Shown here piece by piece: positions 25,516-39,233 of a stretch of DNA of 64,000 nucleotides. Each line of letters starts with the position of its first letter. The stretch's first letter is position 1. Source of the stretch: Chiloscyllium plagiosum (lineage: Eukaryota); the NCBI RefSeq assembly GCF_004010195.1, contig NC_057752.1:13568104-13632103 (forward strand). The letters are read 5' to 3'. The notes under the pieces were generated by a model that searched no databases, had not been told where the DNA came from, and saw only the letters and a list, made by a program, of their open reading frames with translations. A program made the translations under genes and the position numbers.

Positions 25516-26317
25516 ATATGAAAACCCAATCGAGTAGGAATTTATTGTTTTGCCGACATCGAACCAATGAGACGATCCAATGTTGGGGATATAAAAATGC
25601 GGACATTTTGAAAACTGGAGAGAGAACAACTGCCATAGAGATGGATCCAAGAAGTTAGGAAACACTCTCTATCTCTACCTAAAAGGTACCTTTTCATGTG
25701 AAATATATTCACAGTAAAAATAAAGGAGACAACCCAGGGAGATCCTCAGCTGGAAGAAGAAAGACACTAAAGATGACAGAGGCTGTGGGGTGTTGAAATT
25801 AAGTTGATGCAATTTGAATAAGTGTTTTACTGGAACAGCATATTGTTATAGAGTTTGTGGCAGATAATAAGCAGTTAAGAGAAAGGGGGAGCTAACAGTT
25901 GTGAATAGTTGCTGTTTAATGTTCACTTTTAGAGTTAAAAAATAATTTGATGTTATTTTCTTTAAATAGTGGAATTTGGGGAGTTCTCTGTCACTCATAC
26001 TTTAACAGATTACAACACGAGGTGAACTTTTCTGGGGGCTTGGTTTAAGTGAACGGAGGGGGGGCTCACCACCACTTCGTCACACTTGCCCCTCCTCCCT
26101 CTGAGTGTGAGGTGTTTGTGCCTCACGTCGCGCTCCCCCCCATCCCCACCCAACATCGCGTTCTGTTCCTTTAAGTGCTGCCTCATCTCCAATGCCCCAT
26201 GTCCTGTGTAAAGTCCTCAAGCCTTATGTCAGCTGCCCAGTCTCTCTGCCATGGGTCACTAACCAGGGCTCCACCTTGCTTCCGCAGCTCTTACAAGTTG
26301 CACATCCTTTCCGTGAG

Positions 26318-27070
26318 AAGCAGGAGCAGGAGTAGGCCGTCCGGCCTATCCAGCCTGCTCCCACCATTCAATAAGATCATGGCTGATCTTCTCGTGACCT
26401 CAGCTCCGCTTACCCGCCCTCTCACCGTAACCCTTACACCCTTTCCTGTTCGAAAATCTATCTATCATCACCTCAAAAACATTCAGTGAGATAGCCTCAA
26501 CTGCTTCCCTGGGCAGGGAATTCCACGGATTCACAACCCTCTGGGTGAGGAAGTTCCTCCTAAACTCAGTCCAAAATCGGCTCCTCCTTAGTTTGAGGCT
26601 ATGCCCCTTAGTTATAGTTTCAACCTCCCTGCTTTTATCTTATGTATTCCCCTCCTTATTTTATATGTTTCTCGAAGAAACCCCCCTCATTCCTCTAAAT
26701 TCCAATGAACCCCCAGTCTATTCAATCTCTCCTCACAAGCCGGCCCCCTCAACTCCGGAATCAACCTAGTGAACCTCCTCTGCTCCCCCTCCAGGGCCAG
26801 TCCGTCCTTTCTCAAGTAAGGAGACCAAAACTGCACGCAGTACTCCGGGTGTGGCCTCACCAGCACCTTGGACAGCTGCAACATAACCTCCCTGCTTATA
26901 AACTCCATCCCCCCTAGCAATGTTCCATTTGCCTCCTTATTTACCTGTTGTACCAGCAGACCAACCTTCTGTGATTCATGCACAAGGACACCCAGCTCCC
27001 TCTACAAAGCAACATGCTGCCATTTTTCACCATTTAAATAATAGTCCATATTGTTGTTATTCTCTCAAAA
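26318..27070 (-). mobile_element. CR1 LINE 3' fragment
   Basis: LVRPHPEYCVQFWSPYLRKD...RRFTRLIPEL. Confidence 0.88.
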
Positions 27071-27705
27071 TGCGTGATTGTGATACAAGCTATCTCTCCC
27101 CATCCTGATAACAGCCTTCGACACGGTTGACCATCTCTCCAAAACCTCTCTTCCTTTGTCCAGTTAGATGGCACTGTACCCATTTGGTTCCAGTCTTGTC
27201 TTATCCCGCCGTAGCCAGCGAATCCATTCGGAAGAGAGCAGCCACCGTTTGCATTCCCAGCTCCAAACTGTTCCCTCATTACCAGCGCCAATCTCTTGTC
27301 TGGCAGCCACCTGAGTCCAAACCAATCTAATCCCAAAGTGTAAGTGTCATCGCTGATCCCAGGATGAGCTTCCTCCGTGCTGCCTGAAGTCTTGGCCCCA
27401 GGACCGCTCCCAAATCCACCCCAGCCCCAAATGGGGATTAAACCTTGTGCTGAAGGGTATCAATCTGATCCACATTGCCCATTCAGCTGACTGAATCAAC
27501 CACTCTGCAAAGGAATCACAGTTGTTTCTAGAAACTCAAGTATACCTTTCACCGATAGCTCGTAGTCTGTGTGAAGATGCAGGGAAACAGTGTTTCAGTT
27601 TCATTTTTGGTGTTGATGGTATTAGACAGGACCTTTCAAAGTTGATTTGGAGGACAATGTTCGCAGGTAAAGGGACGTCTGGCAATTGGGAAGCTTTCAA
27701 AAGTA

Positions 27706-28020
27706 CGGCACGGTGGCTCAGTGGTTAGCACTGCTGCCTCACGGCGCCAGGGACCCAGGTTCGATTCCAGCCTCGGACTACTGTCTGTGAGAAGTTTGCG
27801 CGTTTCTGTGGGCTTCCTCCCACAGTCCAAAGATGTGCAGGTTAGGGTGGATTGGCCATGCTAAGTTGCCCCATAGTGTTCAGAGATGTGAAGGTAAGGT
27901 GCATTAGTCGGGGGGGGGAAATGTAAAGTATTAGGAGTAGGGGAATGGGTCTGGGTGGGTTGCTCTTTGGAGGGTGGGTGTGGACTTGTTGGGCCAAATA
28001 ACCTGTTGGGATTCTATGAT
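27706..28020 (+). mobile_element. HE1-type SINE inserted into a CR1 fragment
   Basis: ggcacggtggctcagtggttagcactgctgcctcac...ggttcgattcc (A and B boxes). Confidence 0.9.
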
Positions 28021-28828
28021 AACGAATATTCAGGGACAACACGTTCCTGTTCATGTGATGGACAAGGATGGCAGGAGGAGGGAGCACTGGAGGACCAGAG
28101 ATATCGAGGCTCTGGTCAAGAAAAAGGAGGATGCGTATTTCCGGTATAGACAGCTAGGATCAAGTAAATCCCTTGAGGAGTATAGAGGGTGTGGGAGTAC
28201 ACTCGAGGGAAATTAACAGGGCAAAAAGGTGACATCAGATAGCTTTGGCAGTTAAGGTTAAGGAGAATCCAATATTAAGGGCAAAAGAATAGGGCCCCTT
28301 AAAGTTCAACGAGGCCATCTATGTGTGCAATCACAGGAGATAGGTAAATGAATGATAAGGTCCTAGGCAGTGTTGCTGAACAAAGAGACCTTGGAGTGCA
28401 GGTTCATAGCTCCTTGAAAGTGGAGTCGCAGGTAGATAGGATAGTGAAGAAGAGGGGTGACCTTATCGAGGTTTATAAAATTATGAGGGGCATGGATAGG
28501 ATAAATAGACAAGGTCTTCTCCCTGGGGTGGGGGAGCGCAGAACTAAAAGGTTTAGGGTGAGAGGGGAAAAAAATTAAAAGGGACCTAAGGGGCAACTTT
28601 TTCCCGCAGAGGGTGGTACGTGTATGGAATGAGCTGCCAGAGGAAGTGGTGGAGGCTGGTACAATTACAACATTTAAAAGGCATCTGGATGGGTATATGA
28701 ATAGGAAGGGTTTGGAGGGATATGGGCCGGGTGCTGGCAGGTGGGACTAGATACGGTTGGGATATCTAGTCGGCATGGACGGGTTGGACCGAAGGGTCTG
28801 TTTCTGTGCGGGATGACTCTGTGACTCT
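28021..28828 (+). mobile_element. CR1 LINE pieces with internal deletions
   Basis: EQRDLGVQVHSSLKV joined directly to RGDLIEVYKIM; standard 3' tail. Confidence 0.85.
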
Positions 28829-28876
28829 TATTCTTACCAGCATTGAGAAGTCTGAATCTTGTTTACTCACGTGCAT

Positions 28877-29553
28877 TTTAACGAGGCTGTACTACCCTTT
28901 AAGTGAAGGGATGGGAGTTAGTAATTTAGAATATTAAAAAATATAAAACAAATTGCTGTCGTCTAGCAACAGGGCTCCAGTGTCACACACAGACAGAAAC
29001 ATTGAGGAGGGAGTCCGTCAGTCAGCCTGCATGTGTGTGTGTGTGTATATCAGAAAGTGAAGGCAGAGGCATTAAAATCTCAAGAAAGAAGTCCTGTGAG
29101 ACCGCTGGAAATTGTGGGTTTCGACAGCCTGGGGGTGTCCTGAAGTGAGAGCAGGCTGCAGTTTGTTTTAAGTGTCTTCAAGACAGATACCAGCTGAAGC
29201 GAAGAAAAAGCAGCTAGTGAGCGCACAGACATGAGCCAAAAGCAAGCTGTGGCAGCCTGATCAGGAAGCCTTAGTGTGAAGATAGTGATAAACGTTCGCT
29301 GGGCTTTTTATTTTTGATGTTGTTGAGTTTGAATCACTTCAGTGCTTGCAATGCAACCTTCCCATCTTTTCTGTCCAGTATAATATAGTTCCCGCTTCTC
29401 TTGTTTAACAAGCGTTTCATTCTTTGTGTTAAAACAGGCTCCTGTGAACGTGCTCAGTACCCAGCACGGCTTAAAAGAAAAACAGATCTATCAAGCCAGT
29501 TTTCACTCTAGGATCTGACTTGTTCAATATTAATATTAACTGGGATCATAACA
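28877..29553 (+). mobile_element. Probable solo LTR
   Basis: Starts like the 24866 element (tgtact..cctttaag) and ends ...ggatcataaca; no coding signal. Confidence 0.45.
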
Positions 29554-30191
29554 CTGCAACAACACCGAGGATGGAATGGGAATAGTAGATGGCAATAATG
29601 GCCGTTCTAGTTTCTTTCCATCACTGCGCTAAGTAGCATTCTTATCCATAAGACCATAAGAGATAGGAACAGAATTAGGTCATTCGGCCCATTGAGTCTA
29701 CTGTACCATTTGATCATGGCTGTTACATTGCTCAACCCCATGCTCCTGCCTTCTCCCTGTAACCCTTGATCCCCTTACCAAGCAAGAACTTCTCTATGTT
29801 CTGTCTGAAATACACGCAATGACTTGGTCATGCGTTGGCAGGTTAATGTTCAACCTGCTTGACCATCTCATGTGTGTGCCTTGCTTAAAGCATTCAAGTC
29901 CTGCAGTGGGATTTGAACTTGGAGCTTCGTGCTCCGAAGCGAGGACAATATCCATTCTTCTACAAGACCCCCTCTGCATCTGTGCTAAGACTGCCACAGA
30001 GACGGAACTGAGTCATGTCCATCTGCCACCCCAGCCTCTGCTCATCTGTTGCTGAAGCCAACGCTGTTGCATCGAGATTTGACTGACCGATGTTCTTCTG
30101 GCTGGTCTCCAATCTCTCACCCTCCATAAACATCAGCTGATCCAAACCTGTGCTGACTATATTCTAAAACGTGTCAATCATCCCAACATAT

Positions 30192-30526
30192 GGGCAGCAC
30201 AGTAGCTCAGGGGTTAGCACTGCTGCCTCACAGCGCCAGAGACCCGGGTTCGATTCCAGCCTCGGGCAACTGTCTGTGTGGAGTTTGCACGTTCTCCCCG
30301 TGTCTGTGTGGGTTTCCTCCGGGTGCTCCGGTTTCCTCCCACAGTCCAAAGATGTGCAGGTTAGGGTGAATTAACCATGTTAAATTGCCCGTAGTGTTTA
30401 GGATGTATTAGTCAGGGGTAAATGTAGAATAATGGGGAATGGGTCTGGATGGGTTACTCTTCAGAGGGTTGCTGTGGACTTGTTGGGCCAAATGGCCTGT
30501 TTCCACACCATCGGGATTGTATGATT
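30192..30526 (+). mobile_element. HE1-type SINE, full length
   Basis: A/B boxes, V-domain-like core, CR1-like tail. Confidence 0.92.
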
Positions 30527-31349
30527 CGCCTCTGTAACGGGGAGCCAATGTTAAAATTCTCAGTTTGTCTCCATGACCTCAGCCCTTCCGATCTCCGAAA
30601 AGCCCATTACAACCCAATCGCATCCACTCACTTACTGCGGCCTCCATGTTTCCAACCCCAAGCTCTGCACCTCCTATCCCTTGCAAACCCTCTCCATCAC
30701 ACTCTGCGTGCCCTTTCAAACCCTCCCTCAAACTTATCGCAATGATCTTCCTTCATATCATCCCAACCCATGTCTCCTCCATTAGCCTTGGCGTTCATTC
30801 ACTTCGGATCACTTCTGGCAAAGGTCTCTGGTGTTTTTCAATCTGCACCATTGTGACGGTTGTAGTTTAGTTCCTGTGCACTCTCATAATATCCCTTCTT
30901 CAAACTACTGAGGAGCACCTTCGGGACAAAGATGACCTTGTAGATTGGAAGGACCATTTTTGTTTGAGATTAGATTAGATCCCCTACAGTATGGAAACAG
31001 GCCCTTCGGCCCAGCAAGTCCACACCGCCCTGAAAATGTTTTTTTTGAATACCAGCTGTGTTGTATGCTTCAGGGAACCAATGTAAGCATGCACCAGTAC
31101 CTGGTTCAAACACAGGGAAGTGACTGTCACTGCCAGCCATGGGAGGGAGGACAAAAAAACAAAATATCACTTAAATGGAGAGAAACTGCTGAAAGCTGCA
31201 ACACAAAGGGACGTGCGGGGAACTGGTGCCTGAAACACTCTCCTCCTCAACCTCTTCCCTCGCCTGAGGTCTGGTGGCCCTCAGGTTAAATCACTTCTCT
31301 CTCTCTCATGAGAGAGCATCCCCTCTGGTCTGGTCAGACTATGGTGACA

Positions 31350-31790
31350 CAGTAAGGTGCTGGTGAGACCACGTCTGGAGCACTGCGAGCAGCTCTGGTC
31401 CCTTATTTAAGGAAAGATATCATTTCATTGGAGACAGTTCAGAGAAGGTTCACTCGGATGATCCCTGGTGTGGAGGGATGAGGAAAGGTTAAACAGGCTG
31501 GGACTCTACTCACTGGAGTTGAGAAGGATGAGAGGTGATCTCAGTGGAAGATATTGGATACTTAAGGGGCTTGACAGGGTAAATACTGCGAGGATGTTTC
31601 CCCTCCTGGGGGAGTCTAAGAGCACCAATTCAAGACTGAGATGAGGAGGAATTTCTTGTCTCAGTTTAGAACTCCTTGCCACAGAGAGCTGTGGGGGCAG
31701 AGTCCTTGTGTATATTTAAGGCTGAGGTAGAGAGATTCTTAATCAAGGGTTATGGGGAAAGGGAAGGACAGTGGATGTTAAGCATCTCAG
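31350..31790 (+). mobile_element. CR1 3' fragment
   Basis: VRPRLEHCEQLWS, VQRRFTRMIPG. Confidence 0.8.
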
Positions 31791-32604
31791 ATCAGCCACG
31801 GTCGTGGTCCACATAGGTACCAACGGCATTAGATAAACTGGGGCAGATGTTCTGCTCAAAGGAGATAAATTATTAAGCAGAACCAAAAAGGGTAATTACC
31901 TCTGGATTACTACCTGAGCCATGAGCTAATTGGCACAGGGTCAGTAAGCTTAAGGTAAATGCGTGGTGCAAAGATTGGTGTGGGAGAAATGGGCTTCAAT
32001 GCATGGGACATTGGCACCAGTACTGGGGAAGAAGAGACCTGTTCCAATGGGGATGGTCTTCATCTGAATCGTGTTGGGACCAGTGTCCGAGCGAATCGCA
32101 TAACTCGGACCGTAGACAAGGCTTTAAACTAAATGGGGGTGGGTGTGGTGGGTGAGGTTCAGTTGGAGGGGAACTTAGAAAACCCACAATAAAGGAGGAG
32201 GCAAGAGTGCGATGTGGTGGATGGTTACCAGACAATAAAGGTGCAGGACAGATCAGCACCAAGGAATTATTTTTAAAAGTAGGGAAATATACCAGTAGAA
32301 CAAATTTAAAAGCTTTGTATCTAAATGTACAAAGCACTCGAAACAAAATTAATGAGTTAATGTCGCAAATACAAACAAAAGGGTCCGATTTGGTAGCGAT
32401 TATTGAGACATGACTACCAGGTCTGGCAATTGAATATCCGAGGGTACTCAGCATTTCAGATACACAGACTGAAAGGAGAAGGAGGTGATATGGCCTTGCT
32501 GGGGATGGAAGGGATCAGTGCTGTAATGAGAAATGACCTAAGCACGGGAGATCAACATTTGGAATCAGTAAAAATAAGAAAGAGGAAAGGGAAGAAGTAC
32601 TTAG

Positions 32605-33300
32605 AGTCATAGAATCATAGAAATGTACAGCACAGAAACAGACCCTTCGGTCCAACCCATCCATGCCGACCAGATATCCCAACCCAATCTAGTCCCACCT
32701 GCCAGCACCCGGCACATACCCGTCCCAACCCTTCCTATTCATATACCCATCCAGATGCCTTTTAAATGTTGTAATTGTACCAGCCTCCACCACTTCCTCT
32801 GGCAGCTCATTCCATACACGTACCACCCTCTGTGTGAAAAAGTTGCCCCTTAGGTCTCTTTTATATCTTTCCCCTCTCACCCTAAACCTATGCCCTCTAG
32901 TTCTGGACTCCCCCACCCCAGGGAAAAGACTTGTCTATTTACCCTAGCCATGCCCCTTATAATTTTATAAACCTCGATAAGGTCACCCCTCAGCCTCCGA
33001 TGCTCCAGCCCCAGCCTGTTCAGCTTCTCCCTGTAGCTCAAATCCTCCAACCCTGGCAACATCCTTGTAAATCTTTTCTGAACCCCTTTCAAGTTTCACA
33101 ACATCTTTCCAATAGGAAAGAGACCAGAATTGCACACAATATTCCAACAGTGGCCTAACCAATGTCCTGTACAGTGACAACATGACCTCCCAACCCCTGT
33201 ACTCAATACTCTGACCAATAAAGGAAAGTATACCAAATACCTTCTTCACTATCCTATCTACCTGCGACTCCACTTTCAAGGAGCTATGAACCTGCACTCC
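32605..33300 (-). mobile_element. Younger CR1 3' end nested antisense in the host CR1 endonuclease domain
   Basis: Host reading frame resumes at VIYGSPNS; insert has FFTQRVVRVWNELPEEV and a (catagaat)n tail. Confidence 0.9.
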
Positions 33301-34344
33301 AGTAATCTATGGGTCCCCAAACAGTAGTTCCACAGTGGGGCACAGTATAAAGCAGGAAATATTAGAGACTTACAAGAAAGGTACAGCAATAATCGTGGGT
33401 GATTGGAAGAATCAAACTGGCAAGGGTAGCCAGGAGGCAGAGTTCATTGACTGTATGAGAGATTGTTTCTTGAAACAGTACATTGTGAAACCAAGCAGGG
33501 AGCAGGCTACTCTGGATTTGGTATCATGTAATCAGGATTGATGACATCATAGTTAAAGGCACTCTAGGGAGTAGTGACCACAGTATGATAGAATTCAAAA
33601 TTTAGTTTGGAGGTGAGAAAGTGGAGTCCCACAGTAGTGTTCTGGAATTAAACAAAGGAAATTACATTGGCATGAGGACAGATTTGGCTCAAGTAGATTG
33701 GACAGGAAGGCCAAAAGGTAAGACAGTTGATGAGCAGTGGCAAATGTTTAAGGAGCTACTCAATTCCTGACAACTAAAATATTTCCCAGTGAGGAAGAAA
33801 GATGGTGGTGATTGGCGGGGGAAGTGGGGTCAAAAACATCCATGGCTAAACAAGAAGGTCAAGGACAATATAAAGTCTGAAACTAAAGTGTACCAGATTG
33901 CAAAGGCCAGCGGCAGGCTGGAAGATTGGGAAACTTTCAAACATAAACAAAGGGATACTAAAAAAAAAAGCTGAGGTAAATTATGAAAGAAAACTAGCAC
34001 AAAATACCAAAAAGGATAGCAAAAGCTTCTACAGGTATATAAAAGGGAAGAGAGTCGCTAATGTGAATGTTGGTCCCTTGGAAGATGAAACCGGAGAGTT
34101 AATAGTGGGGAACACTGAGATGACAGAGATGCTGAATCAATACTTTGTCTTAGTTTTCACAGTGGAGAACAATAAAACGATTCCCATTGGAACAGGCAGG
34201 TCAGAGGGTATAGAAAGGGTAGGACTTAGAACAATCAACATCAATAGGGAAAAGATGCTCAGCAAACCATTAGGATTGAGGCAAACAGGTCCCCCAGGCC
34301 TGACGGCCTACATCCAAGGGCACATTCCTGATGTGCCCTCCAGC

Positions 34345-34586
34345 AGTCACTAGAGAGGAAGAAAAGGACAACCAACTCCCATTCCTAGACGTGATGGTAC
34401 AGAGAACACCGAACGGAACAGCTGGAACTGGCAACCGGAAGCGGCAGATTCAAACCACTACAAATGCCGGAGGAAAGATCACAGAAGCGCTTCACAGGAG
34501 GCTCCCAAGCACTGAGGATGTCACCTAGACAGGGGACGAACGTCTGCAACACAAATTCCCAGCTCGGCAAACACAACCACAACAAC
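34345..34586 (+). mobile_element. Penelope fragment (RT piece fused to a pLTR) inside CR1
   Basis: TREEEKDNQLPFLDVMVQR, then the same pLTR as 25352-25515. Confidence 0.85.
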
Positions 34587-35989
34587 TATCCATCAGAGTC
34601 AGCATGGTTTTATGAAGGGCAAATCATGTTTGACTGATTTGCTAGAGTTCTTCAAAGATGTAACCAGCAATAATGATGGAGATCCTGTAGATGTAGTTTG
34701 ATAAGGTGCCCCACAAAAGGGTAATTACGAGGTTGGATCTTATGGGATTCGGAGTAATCTATTGGCCTGGATAGATGACTGGCTGTTGACAGAGAGTCGG
34801 GATAAATGGGTTTTTTCTCTGGATGGCAAGATGTAACTAGTAGGGGGTGCCACTGGGTTCAATTCTCGGGTCCCAGCTATTTCTAATCTACATTAACGAC
34901 TCGGATACAGGGATAGAAGGCTCTGTAGCCAAATTTGCGGATGGCACAATAGTAGGCGGGACGGGTAAATTGCAATGAGGAAATAACCTTACAAATGGAT
35001 GTCGATCGGTTAGGAGAGTGGGCCAAAATGTGGCGGATGGAGTTTAATGCTGATAAGTGTAAGGTGCTGCATTTTGGTCGGAAAAATGGGAAGGTGACTT
35101 ATTATCGAAGCGGGGAGAGAGTTCGGGGTGCTCCAGTGCAGAGGGAGCTGGGTGTACTCGTTCATGAGGCACAGAAAACTCGCACACAGATACAGCAGGT
35201 AAAGAAAGCCAATGGAACATTGGCTTTTACAGCTAAAGGAATAGAATATAAGATAAGGAAGCACTGTTGCAATTATACAAGGCATTGCTGTGACTGCACC
35301 TGGAGTATTGTGCACAGTTTTGGTCTCCTTATTTGAGGAAAGATGTAGCAGCCTGGGAGGCAGTTCCGAGGAAGTTTACCCGATTGATCCCAGAGGTTTG
35401 TCGGACGAAGAGAGATTGAACAGTTTAGGCCTATACTCTCTGGAATTTAGAAGAATAAGAGGAGATCAAATTGAGGTAATTAAGATGATGGGAAGCGTGG
35501 ATAAAACAGACCTGGAGTGGATGCTTCCTCCTTGAGGGGCATTCTGGGACGAGAGGTCATAATCTTTGACAAATTTAAAACGGAGTTGAGGAGAAACTTC
35601 TTCCAGAGGGTTGTGAATCTGTGGGAATTAGTTAACCCCAAAGTGCGGTGGATGCTGGGACAGTGAGTAGGTTTAAGCAGGAGTTAAGACAGATTTTTAA
35701 TTGGTGATGGGTTGGAGGGATATGGAGAGAAGGCAGGAAAATGGGGCTGAGGAGCATATCAGCGATGATCGAGTGGTGGAGCAGACTCGATGGGCTGAAT
35801 GGCTTGAGGGGCCAAACAGTACTTATCTTGTTCCCATTTCTTATAGTCTTAGGATCCAAGAGTGGCAATTTGCTGATTTGTTCCTGCATGCCACCCACTC
35901 TATCAGAGAACAGGCTTTTGTACCACGAGTCATTACTGTCTCTAAGCTCTTTTAAAAAGGGAGATGCCTGAAAGACAAACTCCCAACAT

Positions 35990-36445
35990 TCTAAAAGCTC
36001 CGTGCCATCCAGGACAAAGCAGTCCACTTCATCAGAACCCCATCCACCAACTTAAGCATCTACTCCCTCCCCCACTGACGCTCAGTAACAGCAGTGTGTC
36101 CCATCTACAAGATGCGCTGCAGAAACTCACCAAAGATCCTCAGACAGCACCTTCCAAACCCACCACCACTTCCATCTAGAAGGACAAGGGCAACAGATAC
36201 ATGGGAACACCACCCCCTGCAAGTTCCCCTCTGAGCCCCTCACCATCCTGACTTGGAAATATATCACCGTTCCTTCAGTGTCACTGGGTCAAAATCCTGG
36301 AATTCCCTCCCTCAGGACATTGTGGGTCAACCCACAGCACATGGACTGCAGCGATTCAAGATGGCAGCTCACCCCCACCTTCTCAAGGGGCAACTAGGGA
36401 CAGGCAATTAAACTCTGATTATCCCAGTAATGCCCAAACCCCACA
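35990..36445 (+). mobile_element. L2/CR1-superclade LINE 3' end
   Basis: ccatccaggacaaagcag...gggcaactagggacaggcaattaaa tail. Confidence 0.75.
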
Positions 36446-37349
36446 ATATATACTTTCTTTTTTAAAAAAAGTGAAGTATTAAACAGATGGAAGCTAAAAA
36501 GAAGTGGATTAGACACTAAACAACTAGATGGGATGACCATCACTCGCAACAAAATGGCACTTGTTTGAAATCGGAAAAAGATAAAGTGTCTCCAACTTAC
36601 TAAGCCATGGAGAACTGTGGATTTTTTGTCAAAGCGAGCTGGAGGAAAGTACATATTAATGCCTCTTGCTGGTCCATGCCTATTAATGTTGTCCTAAAGC
36701 TGCATGCCCTATTGTGAATAAAATCTGTAGCATTCAGAGATGAACACTCACTCTTAAAGGGAGTACGTTCAAATTAGCAGGAATTTGAGATCGTCTGCTG
36801 ATCAGTCATTGTGGAATTCAGAGGTGTCCCACGGATATTAATTACCTGCGCACCTCAAGCATTGCCCATGGGACAAAAAAAAAAACCAAAACCTCATGTT
36901 TTAAATTTATAATATTAAATACTGCTGCTTTTAAGCTATGTCACATTGTTACGCAGGCGGCATAAGCGCTGCTTTCACAACTAGGAGCATGACTGGCTCA
37001 GCATCGCCATCAAGAGGAAGCAGGTGGTCAGTTGAAAGTACCAGGCCATTTTCATAAGAACAACTTAGATTTTTTTTATAATTGCACCTTTAACATAATA
37101 ACGTGTTCCAAGACATTTCACAGAATTATCACCAAGCAAAGATTTGAGTGCGGATAAAACAGCAAAATGATTGCAGATAAATGAAAGCTAGGTGGTTTTT
37201 AAACAGGGTCATCATAAAATGTGTCAAGTCACGCATAACAGTTCCTCAAAATAGTTTTTCGGCTGTACGGAAGCTGCAAAGTCATTTTGTGCTGGGTGGT
37301 GTTGAGCTTTGAGTGTTGTTGGTGCTGCACCCACCCAGGCAAGTTTTTT

Positions 37350-38875
37350 TTGTAGTAGTAACAAAGAGGATTGATAAGGGCAGAGCGGTAGATATGGTCT
37401 ATATGAACTTCGGTAAGGCATTTGGAAAGGTTCCTCAGAGTAGGCTGTTTAACAAGGTTAGATCTCATTGGAATACTGGGAGAACTAGCCATTTGGATAC
37501 AGAACTGGCTCAAAAGGTAGAAGGCAGAGGGTGGTGCTGGAGGGTTGTTTTTTTCGACTGGAGGCCTGTGACCAGTGGGGTGCCACAAGGATCGGTGCTG
37601 GGTCCACTTCCTTTCATCATTTATATAAATGATTGGGTGCAAACATAGGAGGTAATGGTAAGTAAATTTGCAGATGACACCAAAATCGGAGGTGTAGTGG
37701 ACGGTGAAGAAGGTTGCCTCAGATTACAACAGGATCTTGATCAAGATGGGCCAATGGGCTGAGGAGTGACAGATAGAGCTTAGATAAATGCAAGGTGCCA
37801 CATTTTGGAAAGGCAAATCAAGGCAGCACTTAAACACTTAATGGTTCAGCATTGCTGAACAAAGAGACCTTGGAGTGCAGGTTCATAGCCCCTTGAAAGT
37901 GGAGTCGCAGGTAGATAGGATAGTGAAGAAGGCGTTTGGTATGCTTTCCTTTATTGGTCAGAGTACTGAGTACAGGAGTTGGGAGGTCATGTTGCGGCTG
38001 TACAGGACATTAAGTAATCTAATCTAATCTAATCAGTGTGGAAACAGGCCCTTCGGCCCAACAAATCCACACCGATCCGCCGAAGCGCAACCCACCCATA
38101 CCCCTACATTTACCCCTTACCTAACACTAAGGGCAATTTAGCATGGCCAATTCACCTAACCTGCACATCTTTGTGACTGTGGGAGGAAACCGGAGCACCC
38201 GGAGGAAACCCACGCAGACACGGGGAGAACGTGCAAACTCCACACAGTCAGTCGCCCGAGTCAGGAATTGAACCCGGGTCTCTGGCGCTGTGAGGCAGCA
38301 GTGCTAACCACTGTGCCACCCGGTTAGGCCACTGTTGGAATATTGCATGCAATTCTGGTCTCCTTCCTATCAAAAGGATGTTGTGAAAGCTGAAAGGGTT
38401 CAGAAAAGACTTACAAGGATGTTACCAGGATTGGAGGGTTTGAGCAATAGAGAAGCTGAATAGGCTGGGGCTATTTTCCCTGGAGCAGCCGAGGCTGAGG
38501 GGTGACCTTATAGAGGTTTGTAAAATCGTCAGAGGCATAGATAGGGTAAATAGACAAGGTCATTTCCTTGGGTTGGGGGAGGGGCGGGGGGGGGGGGCGA
38601 GATCCCAGAACTGAGGGCATAGGTTTAGGGTGAGAGGGGAAAGATATAAAAGAGACCTGCGGGGCAACTTTTTCATAAAGTCTGGTGCGTGTATGGAATG
38701 AGCTGCCAGAGGAAGTGGTGGAGGCTGGTACAGTTACAACATTTAAAAGGCACCTGGATGGGTATATGAATAGGAAGGGTTTGGAGGGATATGGGCCAAT
38801 GGGACTAGACTAATTTAGGATATCTGGTCTGCATGGACAAGTTGGACCGAAGGGACTGTTATGCTGTATCGTACT
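37350..38875 (+). mobile_element. CR1 LINE RT to 3' end, interrupted by an HE1 SINE
   Basis: AVDMVYMNFGKAFGKVP, SGVPQGSVLGP, KFADDTK. Confidence 0.9.
38013..38320 (-). mobile_element. HE1-type SINE, young-looking, antisense in CR1
   Basis: Reverse complement begins ggtggcacagtggttagcactgctgcctcacagcgccagagacccgggttcaattcc; (attag)n tail; splits host ggacatt|ggttaggcc. Confidence 0.92.
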
Positions 38876-39233
38876 ACGATAAAGTCAGGATATTCCATCA
38901 CAGACTTGTGTCTTTTAGACAGTGGACAGGCTTTGGTGGCAGGAGGGTGGTGGAGAAAGTAGTCATTTACTGTAAGATACTCTCGTTGCAAAGATAAGGA
39001 AGCAGGCACTCGAGTGAACGTCATCCCAACCCGATCTACTGCCCAGACCAAAAGTAGAGGCAAAAATTAAAATACAGCAATCTAGACTAAACACGAGTAC
39101 CAAAGCTTTGATGATTAATAAAAGTGAAAGTCTTGCTTTTTAATAGCTCCTTCAAAACCTTTGTGATTGGCATTGAAATGGCTGAGCAGGATATTGATTT
39201 TTTTGCAAATACTATGTTTGAAACATGACCAAA

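Larger units (their letters stand above)
24866..26084 (+). mobile_element. Probable solo LTR hosting a Penelope insertion
   Basis: Termini cgttatga...tcgtcaca (degenerate TG...CA inverted ends), flanks cttc/cttg, internal tataaaa; start resembles that of the 28877 element. Confidence 0.55.
31790..35850 (+). mobile_element. Near full-length degraded CR1 LINE (ORF1 esterase remnant, ORF2 endonuclease and RT, tail) with nested insertions
   Basis: VVVHIGTN (SGNH-like ORF1), LYLNVQSTRNK..EL, DLVAIIET, ATLDLV, SKSFYRYIKGKR, KMWRMEFNADKCKVLHFG. Confidence 0.88.

Noticed and set aside
27706..27775. tRNA genes at SINE heads (also 30192 and 38320)
   Set aside because: The A/B boxes continue into the HE1 body; these are tRNA-derived SINE heads.
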